A stretch of 63,855 nucleotides of DNA, counting the filler, from Hyphochytrium catenoides (lineage: Eukaryota; Protista; Hyphochytriomycota), in the NCBI GenBank assembly GCA_900088475.1. It is 8 parts of 8 records of this genome, joined end to end, with 100 filler letters (N's around TTAATTAATTAA, not from the genome) between each part and the next. Parts side by side here need not be neighbours in the genome. Positions count along the whole stretch, not along the records: positions 7,436 to 30,147 come from FLMG01001886.1; 7 more parts are not named here. One strand, given 5' to 3'. Both the position numbers and the translations under genes were made by a program. Shown piece by piece: positions 11,801 through 23,463 of this stretch (position 1 is the first letter of the stretch; each line of letters opens with the position of its first letter). The notes below the pieces were generated by a model. That model made no database searches. It saw only the letters and a list, made by a program, of their open reading frames with translations, and was not told the DNA's origin.

Positions 11801-14531
11801 CTCTCTTTCGTTCTCTTGCTTTTCTCTATCTATCTCCTTCAGCTTTATCTCTTTTTCTCTCTCTCTCTCGCCCGCGCTCTTTCTCCCTCTTCTCCGTTCT
11901 CGATCTCTCTTTCTCATTGGCCGTCTCGGTAACTTCCAATCTAAGTCTGTCTCGCTCTCTCTCCCTCTCGCTTTCGTCTCCCCTGCGGGTGCCATTTTAA
12001 TGTCAAAAGTCCTCCCCCTCTGCTCGAGTTCGCTTGCCAAGGTTACTTACTTGGTCCGCCGTAGCACCCCGGAGCGCAGACGTAAGGTGTAAAATTGATG
12101 GGTTTCTGGATGACAAGCGCCTTCATCCCATACTTTCCAAGACATTTCTGCGCAGCTGACGGGGCGTTCTCTGCCATACACCAGTCAGGCTTATGTGTAT
12201 CTGTATCAAGGCGCGTCCAGTCGACTGAGAATGTGGAAGTGCGACAGAGGCGGAAAGACAAAGAGGGATAGCGTAAGAGAAAAGGTCAGTTATGGTCAGC
12301 GAGAGACAAAATTTTCTAAGCAGTTACCTCCATTTGTACTGGTCCAGACGTCGGCATAGCCAAGGATATGGTTAAATCCAGCCTCTGTACAGAAAAAGAA
12401 TGAGAGCAATCAGCTACTCTTGTCTCCTACTCTATCCCTTGCGGTCCTCTACTTCAGCTCTCTCATTCTCCCAGCATCATTCTTCTTGTTATCCGTCTCT
12501 TTCTTGTTCTACCTCCTCCAGCGGACAACTTCCGCCATTTGTAGAGACTTACGCTTTCTAGCTCCGCCCATGAGCCACATCCTGGGTTCTTGAGCATCAT
12601 ACACCGTCAAAGTGTCCCATACAACCAGTGAACCCCACGCGCGCGGAAACCATTCCGCAGTCTTCCTCAACCTGAACCATTTATCTGGATGGAACCAATG
12701 CAGCAAGCAGCTCATGAGTATCAACGGCCACCACGGAGACAAGAAGGAGGATTAGACCTCTAGGAGAAGAGGTGTCATCCTCCAGCCTTTTTCCAGCCAA
12801 CGTTGCCTCCCCATCAACAATTTCCTGGTGTCCTCTGTAGCTACTACTGACCTAACTCACATACGGCGACCTGCTTTCTACATCCTCCTTTTTCTCTCTA
12901 GTATCCAAATTATCTGGCAGACGAACTGAGGGTCTCGCCCTATCCCTTCGGAGCTCAAGATCTGGCCTTACCGTCGGTCGAACGCAAGAACCAAACGTCG
13001 CTCACAGTCATTCCCTGGTCGTCTCCCTTACTCTTCCAGTTAGTGGTGTAGCCGCCCATCACAAAAAGCCTCTCCCAGCTCCGTCCATCTTTGTTCACGG
13101 TCTGGGAGGTGCAGAGAGCGCCAGCCCGCGGTGACCAAAGAGCGTCAGGATGTCTCCTCCAGACTATAGTAAGAGCAAGCATGAGCGACAGAGGAGTAAG
13201 ATACATTGTTAGCAGGCAAGAGGTGCGGTGTAGGAGCCGGGCAAAGAGAAGAGCAGAGAGAGAGGACCAGCGGTGGACGAAACCATAAGCATTCTCACCT
13301 TTGAGGTCTTTGGTCGACCACACATCCTTCAGAGAAGGAGAACCTCCAAGCACGTAAAGCTCTCCTTTAAATACCACTGCGCAGTGCCAAGCGCGAGGCG
13401 GAAAGGGCGCCAGCGGAGCTTGGGTCCACAAAGCTGAATAGGAAAGAAAGACATGTGAGGCTCGAGCGTGCGGCGTCAGATTGACTTCACGAGGTAATGG
13501 GCAAGAGTAGTTGGCCGTTAGACAAAAACGAACAAAGCGCAGCAGTCAGAGGAACCGGGATTGCCTTCTAAACCAAGGTGAGGGAGACTAAGAACATGAA
13601 GCTAGGTGGGCCGAAACGTATCCACTTGGAGCCGTGAGAGCATGACAAGCTTGTGAACAAAATAGAGCACAAAGTTGTACGAGTGTGAAAGTGGAGAGGG
13701 GTGAGAGAGAGAAAAAGGAGAGAGGAAACAGTGAGAGAGAGAGAATGGGAGCACAATGGAAGAGCAAGAGACTGAGACAGCGAGAGAAAGGGAGAGAGAG
13801 TGGGGACAGAGAAAGAGAACCAAAGCGGGTGAAGGAGAGAGAAAAAGACAAACGTGATGAGAAACGAATGACCGTTTACCTCCATTAGAAGAGATCCAGA
13901 CTTCGTTAGAAGCATCTGGTGTGAAGCCTCCTATCAGGACCATGTAACCCTCATCAGGCACCTTCTGGAGCCGATCGTCGTTGATTTCAAGAGGACTGTT
14001 GATTTTAGGCTTGAACACAGTGAGACTGTGACCCGACCGCGGGCCCCAGGCACTCGAACTGTTCACTAGCTGCCAGTCCGCACCATCGACAGACTTCCAG
14101 ATGTCGTTGCTGAAGAGGTAAAGTGTGGGAAGACAAATTGAGAGAGAAAAGAAAGGTTGCAGTGGCTGCAAAGGAGAGTCGAAGACCACAAGGACCGCAA
14201 GGAATGGAGTGAAAGGAGACAAGACGGACAAACACGAGAGAGAAAGGACAGGCACGCGCAGAACAAGACGGCCGTGGCACGTAGAAGAGCAAACTAAAGA
14301 AATGGAAAAAGTCTGTTCCCCGGTCAGCTGCCCAACGGCACGCCCGCGTCAACTCACATGCGATTCCGGGGGATCAGGAACATATCCTGATATTCGTCCG
14401 TGCGTCCGCCTGCAATCCAAGCTGCGCCTTGATAATACACAGCCCCAAAGTCTAAGATAGCAGGCGACAGTTACGATGAAAGAACGCAGGGCTTCCGTTA
14501 GCAGAAGACTTCCATTGATGGAAACCGACAG

Positions 14532-14584
<53 letters not shown>

Positions 14585-15325
14585 CAAAAAAGAAAAGAAG
14601 TAACCGTGCAAAGTCACAAGTAAGAAGCTAGGTGTCTGTGCGACCACTGATAACGGGTGATGTATGGTACGTGGAAGATAGCGAGACGCGAGAAAAGAAA
14701 GATAGGTAAAGAAGAGAGAAATAGAAAGAGCAAACGAAAACGACAAGAGGATAAGAGAGAGATACAGGATATGATAGAGAGAGAGACAGACAGAGAGATA
14801 TGAGAGAGAGAGACACAGAGACAGAGTTGAAGAAAGGACAGAGCGAGAGGAAAGAGCAAGAGAAAAAGAGCGAGAGGAAAAGAGAGAGATGATAGAGGAC
14901 AATAACTCTAAAGCCCTCACCATCTCTGGCCGAGTACTTGGGTTGGGCAGATGGGTCTGTCAGGTCTGACCACGTGTCATCAAACTCCCACGCCGTTTTC
15001 TCTCCACCATAGCGATAGGAGCCCAGACACACGGTTTGAGCGGCAAACAGAAAGCCTGGACCAGGATACACAAAGAAAGACAAGGAACCATGCGGGAGAG
15101 AGACAAGGAGAGAGAGAAAGGGTGCGTTAGAAAGCCAACCAGACCACATGTAGGACGAGCAGAAAGCTTTCTGAGGACCGAGGAGGACAGAGGAGGAAGA
15201 GAAAAGGTATGAGGAAAGCCAGAAAGAAAAACGAAATCCTTCGCTTAGCTCAGTGCGCTCGACTTACGCGGCAGACCCAGCAGCCACACGGCACAGAGAG
15301 ATAGAGAAGACGCTGTTGAGCACAT
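8861..15325 (-). CDS. Secreted/membrane Kelch-repeat + EGF-like + Hint (Hedgehog/Hog-type) + C-terminal hydrophobic anchor protein (multi-exon)
   Basis: Probable ATG at 15325 with hydrophobic leader (MCSTASSLSLCAVWLLGLP|RFLFAAQTVCLG). About five Kelch-type repeats (W.PR..H...GG...DVW.S.DG..W) lie in exons at 15056-12050. EGF exon 10985-10845 (CSGNGECDTLGTGCNCQPFYYGTYC). Hint exons 10649-10545, 10171-10099, 9953-9737, 9627-9535 and 9205-8861 are all GT-AG and phase-compatible. Stop TAG at 8863-8861. Exon path between 11350 and 12050 is ambiguous. Confidence 0.85.
9179..10644 (-). other. Hint autoprocessing domain (about 170 aa after splicing)
   Basis: Spliced: CFAHDSHVIALGGERKKIVDVAVGEYILSSSASGQVSWTQVYHKQVH...LRVTPQHLLY...AVAAKELKIGDSVLF...VNLYTMDGNLIVDGVVSSN. 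Cys1 at 10644-10642, TxxH at 9871-9860, terminal Asn at 9181-9179. Confidence 0.88.
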
Positions 15326-15759
15326 CTCTATAGTCTCCGGTAATAAGACGGCGCAAGAAGATGGAGAGATGGAGAGGACGAAGAGCGGGACCAAGGAGTG
15401 CGAAGGCGCGCGACGGAGAGAACTATAGAGAGACAAGTGCTCGGTAATGGAAAGGCCTGAGGAGCTGTAGGAGGTGTCCAATAGGTCTTTCTATACGACA
15501 GCTCCTGGCGAAGTGACAGCCCGGCCTTCGGAATACTGATGCAGCGTTGAAGTCACCAAGGAAAGGAGAGATAGAGCGCTCGCAGCGAAGGACAAAGAAA
15601 CATAGACAAGAGGGTGACAGGAGGAAGACCAAGAAGAGACAAAGAGAGAAAGTGACAGACAAACGGGGAGAGAGAGAGACAGAGAAAGGGACAGTGAGAG
15701 AGAGAGACAGAGAAGGGGACCGTGAGAAAGAGAGAGAGGGGGTACAGTTAGAGGTGGAA

Positions 15760-15814
15760 AGAAGTGAGGACACCGCTGTGTGAACTGCAGAGCCCGCCTT
15801 CTTCCCTATTTATA
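15760..15814 (-). promoter_or_regulatory. Candidate core promoter of the Kelch-Hint gene (TATA box plus Inr-like element)
   Basis: Minus strand TATAAATAGGG starts at about 15814, followed about 45 nt later by CTCACTTC. Motif match only. Confidence 0.3.
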
Positions 15815-16154
15815 AAAGACAGAAGGCAAGAGTCAAATGCAGTGTCTCCAGTGCTGTTGCAGGACTGTTGAGCACAGTTCCTGGGGCGAAGGAAACCACG
15901 AGACAGAGGGGTCAGCCCCAGGTCCTGAGCATGCTCTTACACATAACAGCAGTGAACCAGATTTTCGCAAGGATAGAGACGGGGAAAGTGGTGATTAGAC
16001 CGAGCGAGAGGAGGGAGAGAGAGAGAGTGAACACTGGAAGCTTTTAGCGGATGGCTCTGTTGTGGAGTGAGGTGAAAGGAAACTTCCCACTTCACCTTTG
16101 ACATAGGGAAAGCCGCTCGACACACTGTGGAAACGCGTTTGGTCCTTTGAAAGC

Positions 16155-16194
16155 ACTCTCTCTCTGTGTCTCTCTGTGTCTCTCTCTGTCTCTG

Positions 16195-16236
<42 letters not shown>

Positions 16237-16282
16237 TCTTTCTCCTCTCTCCCTCTCTCTCTCTCTCTTTCTCTCTCTTTCC

Positions 16283-16339
<57 letters not shown>

Positions 16340-16340
16340 T
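16155..16340. repeat. (CT)n microsatellite; similar (GA)n/(CT)n tracts at about 14537-14580, 24060-24210, 30250-30315, 34235-34425, 57960-58025, 63225-63300
   Basis: Directly visible dinucleotide runs. Confidence 0.95.
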
Positions 16341-16595
16341 CTCACATCATCGGCCCACATTCAGGCCTCTCAAATCTACTCTGTTGACCCTCCTCCTCCT
16401 CCTTTCTTCTCTTTCCCTCCATGCCCTTTCGAGGTCTGAACCTCTCTGCCACATTCCCGACAAAACGCACTCTATCCTCAATAAAGGTGATTCATATATC
16501 AAATAGCTGACTGTATACTGCCCAGTAAGAGCCTATACTGTACCCCACTGAGAACCTCTATGACTCATACGACTACAACGCACGTAGCCCAACCT

Positions 16596-16886
16596 TGTTG
16601 ATATTTGATAACCATACATTCTTGATCAGAAACTGTAGACACCACCCAGATTACGTTGACGGGCTTTATTATAGAGAATCATCATGAGCGTTATTAGGGT
16701 GGATGATGTGGGATTCATCCTGTATTTGTAATGTAGCCACATAAAATCTGTAATGATGATGGCTAGGAAAATCGTGTACAAGGATAAAAAGAGAGAGTGA
16801 ATAATCATCATCGTCCATCTCTCTTCTCATCAATCTTCGACCTTCAGCCAAAGTGCACTCGATGTGCCCAAGACATCTTATCATCA
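16596..16886. mobile_element. Candidate solo LTR (about 291 bp)
   Basis: Starts TGTTGATA and ends TATCATCA (7/8 inverted termini, TG...CA). Flanks acct/gcct are only a 3/4 target-site match. Confidence 0.35.
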
Positions 16887-17657
16887 GCCTACTAAGATCC
16901 TTCGCCTTCCCTGGTCTGCGCCAACTTATATCCTTTATCCTTCATAGCTAGACGGCATTGTTGACGACCATGCTGTTGAGACTGACAAGAGCTTGGAAGA
17001 ATAATATCCTGTCTTCTCGAGGAGTAGACGTCCTCCTACGTTCGACACATTCGAGCGCGTTAAAGGTCCTAGCTAGGAGTCCTTACATTATCTAGAGCTT
17101 TCTTGGTACACTCTCATTTCTTTTCTTGTTGAACGAACGCCATACACATGTGTATTAATTTTCTAGGCGTGTCAAGATATGTCGAGCCTGATAACAAGTT
17201 GAGAAGAAAAGAACGATGAGAAACTGAACGAGAAAACGTTGAACGAAGTGTGCCGTCCTATCGTTAATAAGCAGCCCAGTCCCAAGGGTATTTGTACAGT
17301 GATCTAGAGGCACTCAGGTAGTGCTCTTAGTCCAAATCCGCTCAAATAGAGTACAGCGATAAATACAATGAATACAAAGCATAGCTGAGTAGCTAAAAGA
17401 AAGTAGCGCTCAGCTCCGGATAGAAAAGGTAGTGGAACCGCTGACGCCATAATCCAGAGGTCTCGCGAAGGCTCCAACGCTGCCCTGGATCCAAAGCAGC
17501 TTCGAAGAAAATGCCAACCAAGGATTTTCTTCGAAACTCAGGCTCCCGTTGGGTACGTTTAGAGACTGCTACGGAACACAACGAGCATCCCTTGAGAGCC
17601 TGATGTATAAGGTAGAGAGATACTCTAGTGCGCCCTGAGATGAGAGGCACAAAACTC

Positions 17658-18563
17658 TCAGTGCGCTTGTGCAAGTTGGGGCACTTGCGGGCTTCTCGCG
17701 AAAAGTTTTAAGGGCATCCGCCTTGCTCCGTCGTATGGACCGACCCTACCTGCCTGGACATCGATGGACGTTGATTCCCCACCCACAGGACGACCCGATA
17801 ACCCCAACCGTCTAAGCATTCTACTAATTATACTGCCTCTTCGCGAGGCAGACTTTTCACTTATGGCACTGCTCCTTACTAACGATGAAAAGTTTGAGTC
17901 GCGCAGATCTACTTGGGGGTGTGTCGAGGTTTCCAGAACTGAAGTCTTCGTAGGGGAACCAGTAGAAAGAGAGGGTCGTTGCTGTGTCATCCTGCCTCTT
18001 TCTGGCAGAGATGGACCGCTAGATGTGAGCAAAAACCCGCGTATTCTAGCGTACAACTCCAAAGCAACCACCTCATTACATCCCTGAACGGCTTGAAGAT
18101 AGTAAGGCTCTTTCCAAGCATTTCTTCTCCATGATCGAAGAGCCTCTATCCAGCTGTCCCTAACCTTTCTCGTTGATGCGCTGAAGATAAGTGTCTTCTT
18201 TCCCATGCTTATCTCTGAACCTTCTTCAGTTTTCCTAGCCTTGTGACTAGATGAGAATGAGCCTCCGTGAGAAGAGGCGAAACTGCTGTCTGTCGTCTCG
18301 ACCTCACTTCCTAAGGTCTTCTCTTGCACTCCCAAGCTTAATGGCTCCTTTGTACGCAACCCATTTGGGTGTACCACTATCACCAGTCGATGAGCATCTC
18401 GCTTTGGTCGCATAACCTGCACACTTCGGCCGGTAAAGCACACCTCTTCCTCCAGGTGTCCAGAAGACGGATGGAAGAGAGAGAGCTTGCCATCAGCTAG
18501 CCTTACAAGCACCACCTCTACGATTCTTGGAGCACAATGCTGCAGAAGATAACCCTCAGCCAT
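17658..18563 (-). CDS. PH-like domain protein, 301 aa, single exon
   Basis: N-terminal 'EGYLLQH' strand and 'LIFSASTRKVRDSWIEALRSW' PH C-terminal helix with the conserved Trp, followed by an S/R-rich disordered tail. Confidence 0.7.
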   Translation of the reverse strand: MAEGYLLQHCAPRIVEVVLVRLADGKLSLFHPSSGHLEEEVCFTGRSVQVMRPKRDAHRLVIVVHPNGLRTKEPLSLGVQEKTLGSEVETTDSSFASSHGGSFSSSHKARKTEEGSEISMGKKTLIFSASTRKVRDSWIEALRSWRRNAWKEPYYLQAVQGCNEVVALELYARIRGFLLTSSGPSLPERGRMTQQRPSLSTGSPTKTSVLETSTHPQVDLRDSNFSSLVRSSAISEKSASRRGSIISRMLRRLGLSGRPVGGESTSIDVQAGRVGPYDGARRMPLKLFARSPQVPQLAQAH

Positions 18564-20819
18564 CTTTCGAGAGCGCGATCCAGGGCAGCAGCAGTAGAAA
18601 GCGTCAAATCGTCTGTGCGCTATCAGGAGCTAATTGGCGATAAGGGATCACTCCTCGCTGCTGCAGTCATTGTTGACGACGTCAACCGGCCTTAAGCTAA
18701 AGCTGACTCAAGTTGCAGAAACAGCACGATGAGACTAGAGGCGCTATAGAAAGTCAAACGAAGGCTGGGACGTCGCTCGAGACCAGGACACAGCCGTCTC
18801 CTCATTTGAGACCCCCGCACACAAATCACGGGGAGAAGCGCGAGACAGTGCCTGCCCTAACTCTTATTGGAAAGGTAAAATACCAATTGAGAGACAGCGT
18901 TGTGGTGAAAGGCTCATGAAGCTCAACATCCCGTGCTCATGAGCTGATGAGTATGCACCTGTCGACAAAGAAAATAGAAGAGTCAAAAAGAGTGCAGGTC
19001 ACCCGCGCATCAACCTTCGATGAAACTCCATTCAGGAGATAAGAGGACAGACCCGAGAGAGATAGCAATAGACACGGAGGACCAGGACAATAACATGGAG
19101 CTAATAAGAGACAGAGTCGGAATGGAAGAGACAGAGCGTGGTGTGACCCAGAAAACCCGCGAAACATAGAGAAGGCCAAAAGGGGAAACAGCGAAAGGGT
19201 CCCGAACACGGCAGTCAGACAGAGAGACAGATTAACAAGGGGATAGAGACACAGAGATAGAGACAGCCATGGAAGGGGCAAAGATAAAAGTGACAGGTGT
19301 GACACCCAGCTGCTTGAGCGAGAAAGAGTAACGTATCTCCTAACTATAAACCCAGGCTATGAGTGACCGAGAGGTCAAGTAAATTGCAGGGCGTTGGGCA
19401 GGCTGGGAGGGAGAGAGAAAGACAGTAATGGTAGACAGGGGAGATTTCTACCCCACAAAATTACAGACACAAGTGGCTGAATCTCTAACCCTGACCGCTA
19501 ACCCTGGCCGGTTGACTTCTAGGGTAGGACATAATATTCGGTAAACAGGCCACAGACAAGGGCTCAAGCGGATTATTCTCAGGTCCTACGGAAAGTTTAT
19601 TCAAAGGATGGCTTTGACCAGTTGAACTATTTTCGGGTAAGCTGTTCTAAAGGCTCATGTCTCTTTCTGTTATAAACCTCGCGTTTATTACCTTTTTTAT
19701 TATACATTTGGCCAAATTGCGCGTCACTCTGTCTCCAACAGTAAAGAGTGGGCCCACTTTGAAGTTTAGGCTCCAACAGTAGAACCGCCAACAAGCAGTG
19801 GAGCTTGCGAGGGAGGAAAGGTGAATGAAGGTAAAAAGGCGGTGAAATTTCAGGTAATGGCGAGTCCAGTATTCTGGGAGGTGAAGAGATATGCCACTGT
19901 GACATCTGGGCCCTGCAACAGGTCAAGAAGTTCTGTAGTTTCAGAGAGGTCCTAGAAGGAAGTTCTAAGTACAGGAGTAGAGGGAGAACTTATCCCGTAG
20001 GCTCGATGCCCCCTCTTTGAGGCAAAGGCGGTTGTTAGAATTCGTAGTAAGAAGTTAGAATCGGTTCACTGTTAAACTGAAGGACAGGGTTTTCGAGAAC
20101 ACGTGTGTAGTCCTCGAAGGCAAATGAAGCGCAAAATCTGCTGGTGCGGTTTAATCACGACTATGATATTGAAACCTTTCACGTCTACGAAAGCTATAGT
20201 AGTAATAGAAGTAGTATGTGAGATATGCTGCTGGAGTGGATACGATTCCTTCTTGAAAGATTCGTAAAGATTACAGGTCAGCAAGAATCAGGAATCTCTT
20301 TTATCTTCGGTTCTTAGCGTCGTCCGTTACGCCGAATCTTCATCCCCATCCTCAGGATCTGCATTGTCATCATCAGGTCGATCAATGGCAGCGACCATTA
20401 GAAGATTAGGAGGAGGGTAAAGCAATAAGCAAGGTACCAGTCTTTCATAGATGAGGATGTCCTCAGAGGCAGAAAGGTTGACGGAGAAGCTACCTACCAC
20501 TCACCGAGCATAAATGTAACGGCCTATTAACACCCTTTCTACGTCGTCGTTTCGTCCGTTCTCTTTTCATCAATACCTTCATCATTGTTGCGCAGACAAG
20601 AGAGAAAAGTGGCAGAAATCAAAGCAAGAAGAGCAAACAGGAATTCATCCGGCCACGAAGCCGCTGTTGTGGGGCCACAGAGTAAGTTTGAGACGGCGGC
20701 AAGCTGAAGGAAGCCGTTAGCGCTGCTGCTCTGACCGCTTCCGCGAGCCCATGTCGTCGTAGACGATACGGAGAGCGCACTCGGCGCAGGCGGGGTGGAA
20801 AGAGGCTTTCTTCGGCCCA

Positions 20820-21690
20820 AGCCCAAGAGTGCTGACACGTATTTATAGAGGAGAGCGCCAAAGAACTAAGAAAGAGAGATCGAGAGATAGAGGTAGCAGC
20901 AGGAAGGACACCCAAACCGCCAACAAGAAGCTTATTGAAGAGAGAAAGCTTGACCCCGTACATTGAATCAATATAAATACAGAGTCAACAAAAGTGCAGA
21001 GAATCCTACCTCAAAGGGCAGCTAGAAAAACCCCTTTCCCCTGAAGTCAAAGTCAGGCTGCTATTCACCGCCGTTTAAAGCGGGGCCAAGTGTGGAGAAG
21101 ATATTATATCTTGACCACACCTAGACCAGCCCTAAAAACATGCCTAGTAGCCGTACGTCGTACCATTCCTCCTCGACTTGATCGAGAAGGAAGTCATTGG
21201 AAAAAGCGAGTAAGGTAGGGACACAAAGGAAGATGTTGTGGAAGCAGGGGAGCCGATAGGGACTCCACCAAGTAGCTCACTACTCCACAAAAAAGAGGTA
21301 GGCCCCTAAATCCACCGGTAACATGCTCCACAGACGAAGGACGGGAGCCACCGCAACGTGAAATGAGCAAGGGTCAAAGAGAGACTAAGCGGGGTGGACA
21401 GACCGTTGGCCAACAAAATTAGGAGCCTGGAGAACAGAGAGAGGGAGGCCCCTCAAGGTAATATCGTTGACAAGGAGGTACCAAGAATGAAAGAAGAAAC
21501 CACGAACCGTCTTCGCAGCTTAAGAACTTGTAGATGGGAACTATGCTGTTCCAAGAGACCGGCTGCTGAGTGCATGACGCGTTTATTAGAGACAAGGGGT
21601 CGATAATGTTGCTGTTGGAAGAAAGGCAAGACCGGGCTTTTCAATAGTGTCCCCAAACTCCTTGTTGCAAGAGCATATTCGGCACTAGGT
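20820..21690 (-). pseudogene. Degenerate non-LTR retrotransposon reverse-transcriptase relic (CRE-like)
   Basis: Ordered motif remnants across frames: SWYLLVNDITLRG (about 21485-21450, cf. WYLDD), LLGGVPIGSP (about 21275-21247), GGLGVLPAATSISRSLFLSS (about 20921-20862). Multiple stops and frameshifts. Confidence 0.45.
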
Positions 21691-22399
21691 TAATTAGTTC
21701 TTCCGCAAATTTTGATTGATCTTCTCCTCTGATCCTTTTTGGGTGTGACATGGCACTGCATGCAAGGTCAGATGAATCACGACGACTGCTCTATTACGGA
21801 CATTTATCGTTTGCTACAGTTAGTACATAAAAGCAGGAAGCTACTGGACGGAAAAGCCTAATAGCAAAGGCACCAATAACTACCACTATCTGCCGCTAGT
21901 GGTCGTTCTGGCAGCAGCATGGGCTGCATCATCTATTATGTTAAAAAGGAAACGCGCTAGTTAGAACACCATATAGCGCGCACAGACTGATTGTATTGTA
22001 GGGACGCGCAAGCATTCCTGAGACTGTCGAGTGCAGAGAAGAGTCAATTAGAAGTAAGGCAACATCTAATCGACTCTTCTAGTCAGACATTTTCTATTCA
22101 CTGTGAATCCTTCTTATTCTTCTGCTAGTATAAAATACCTTCTATCTCTCCTCATCTTCTTCTTCTCAGTCTCAGCACGTAAAGCTGTTTGCTTGATCGG
22201 AAGAGCTTCAGCGTGCTCTGGAGTAAATATGAATACACGCGATGGATATAGTGGACGCTTCTTGATGGCTCTCTGAAGGATGCCGGTGATACCGCTTTAG
22301 CTTAAAAGACATCATGATGCAATGGTCCACTCTAATCGTTCGTCATCGCTTTCTACTGCCTATATTATGATCACATCGCAGATTTCTTCTCTCGTTGAA

Positions 22400-23463
22400 T
22401 TATTATTGCTTCCTCCCTTCTTTCTTCGCCGACAGTTAGCGGTCCCTTCCCGTCGCAGTGAGAGCCTGGTTTAAGTCCTCTGTTCGTCTTCTCTTCCACG
22501 TGTGCTCTGATGAGATTGCCACAGCAGCGTTCACTCCTCCTATTCTAAACAATAAAAACGAGGACGTTCGTTGTCCAATCATGCTGGAAGAAGGTAGACC
22601 TACTCAGATGATCAAGGATAGGAAAGGCAGTGGCGGTTTTCGAGCCATTAGCGCTTTACGTATTGCTCGGTTGCCAACAACCTGGTGACAGCCCAACAAC
22701 TCCTGCCATCGTGACCAAGCTGTATCTTTTTGGCAAGAGCTTTTGACCAAGCTGTATCGTGGTTAATGCTTCACATAATTTAGTCCAAAGTAGAGCCACC
22801 AAGAAACTAATTGAGGACGTCACCACCATCAATGTCAGTGGAGTGCCAGCAGGCGAAAGTCAATCTTTGCGTCGAATTTCTCCAATCATCGGCTTAGCAA
22901 TGTCATATCCTCTTACTTTGCTGATCAAACGAGGTGAGCTGCCTCCGGTTCTGAAGAAGTATCATCCGCTGCTATTTATTTTATAAAACTCTTTCTCAAG
23001 ACTAAGAACTAATCCACAGGGATCCTTTGCAGAGACGAATGGTAGTAATGGAAGAAGGTAGGAGCAAGGATAGGCGGTAATAACGTCCCTGTCTGCTTTG
23101 TAAAGTTGATATAGCTGATCCGCTCCGACATGACGACATGACCGAAGACCGCAAGCTCCTCCTCCATCCTCCATTCTCCACGGCTCCTCCTTATTAGCTC
23201 CAGCTCCTGGCCCTGCTCAAGCATTTGACCTCATAGTTCAGGATCAGAGGAGAGTTGACAAGGGGTGACCTACTTGCCATCTGCCTCTTCTTCGCCCTAC
23301 TCTGCCATTCATCCTGCTGGTGGACTGACTCAAAGAAAAGTTGACTTTGAAAAATCGATACGTTCAACACTGCTACTATATCGTAGCAGTCTCTCCTACA
23401 AAAGGGACGTTGTAGGAGACTTAAAACAACAGACTTTGAACAGAAGGCGGGAGGATCGATCAA
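22400..23463 (-). pseudogene. Decayed coding-like sequence of unknown family
   Basis: Overlapping short minus-strand ORFs with protein-like composition, broken by TAG/TAA. No family recognised. Confidence 0.2.

Noticed and set aside
15937-16506. ORFs with ERERER/LSLSLS runs (also about 11669-12040, 14498-14923, 23788-24340, 33993-34610)
   Set aside because: Translations of (GA)n/(CT)n microsatellites in introns or intergenic DNA.
19484-19508. Telomere-like CTAACCC motifs (also about 4533-4550 and 34014-34024)
   Set aside because: Only one or two imperfect units. Intronic ones are better explained as CTAAC branch-point-like sequence.
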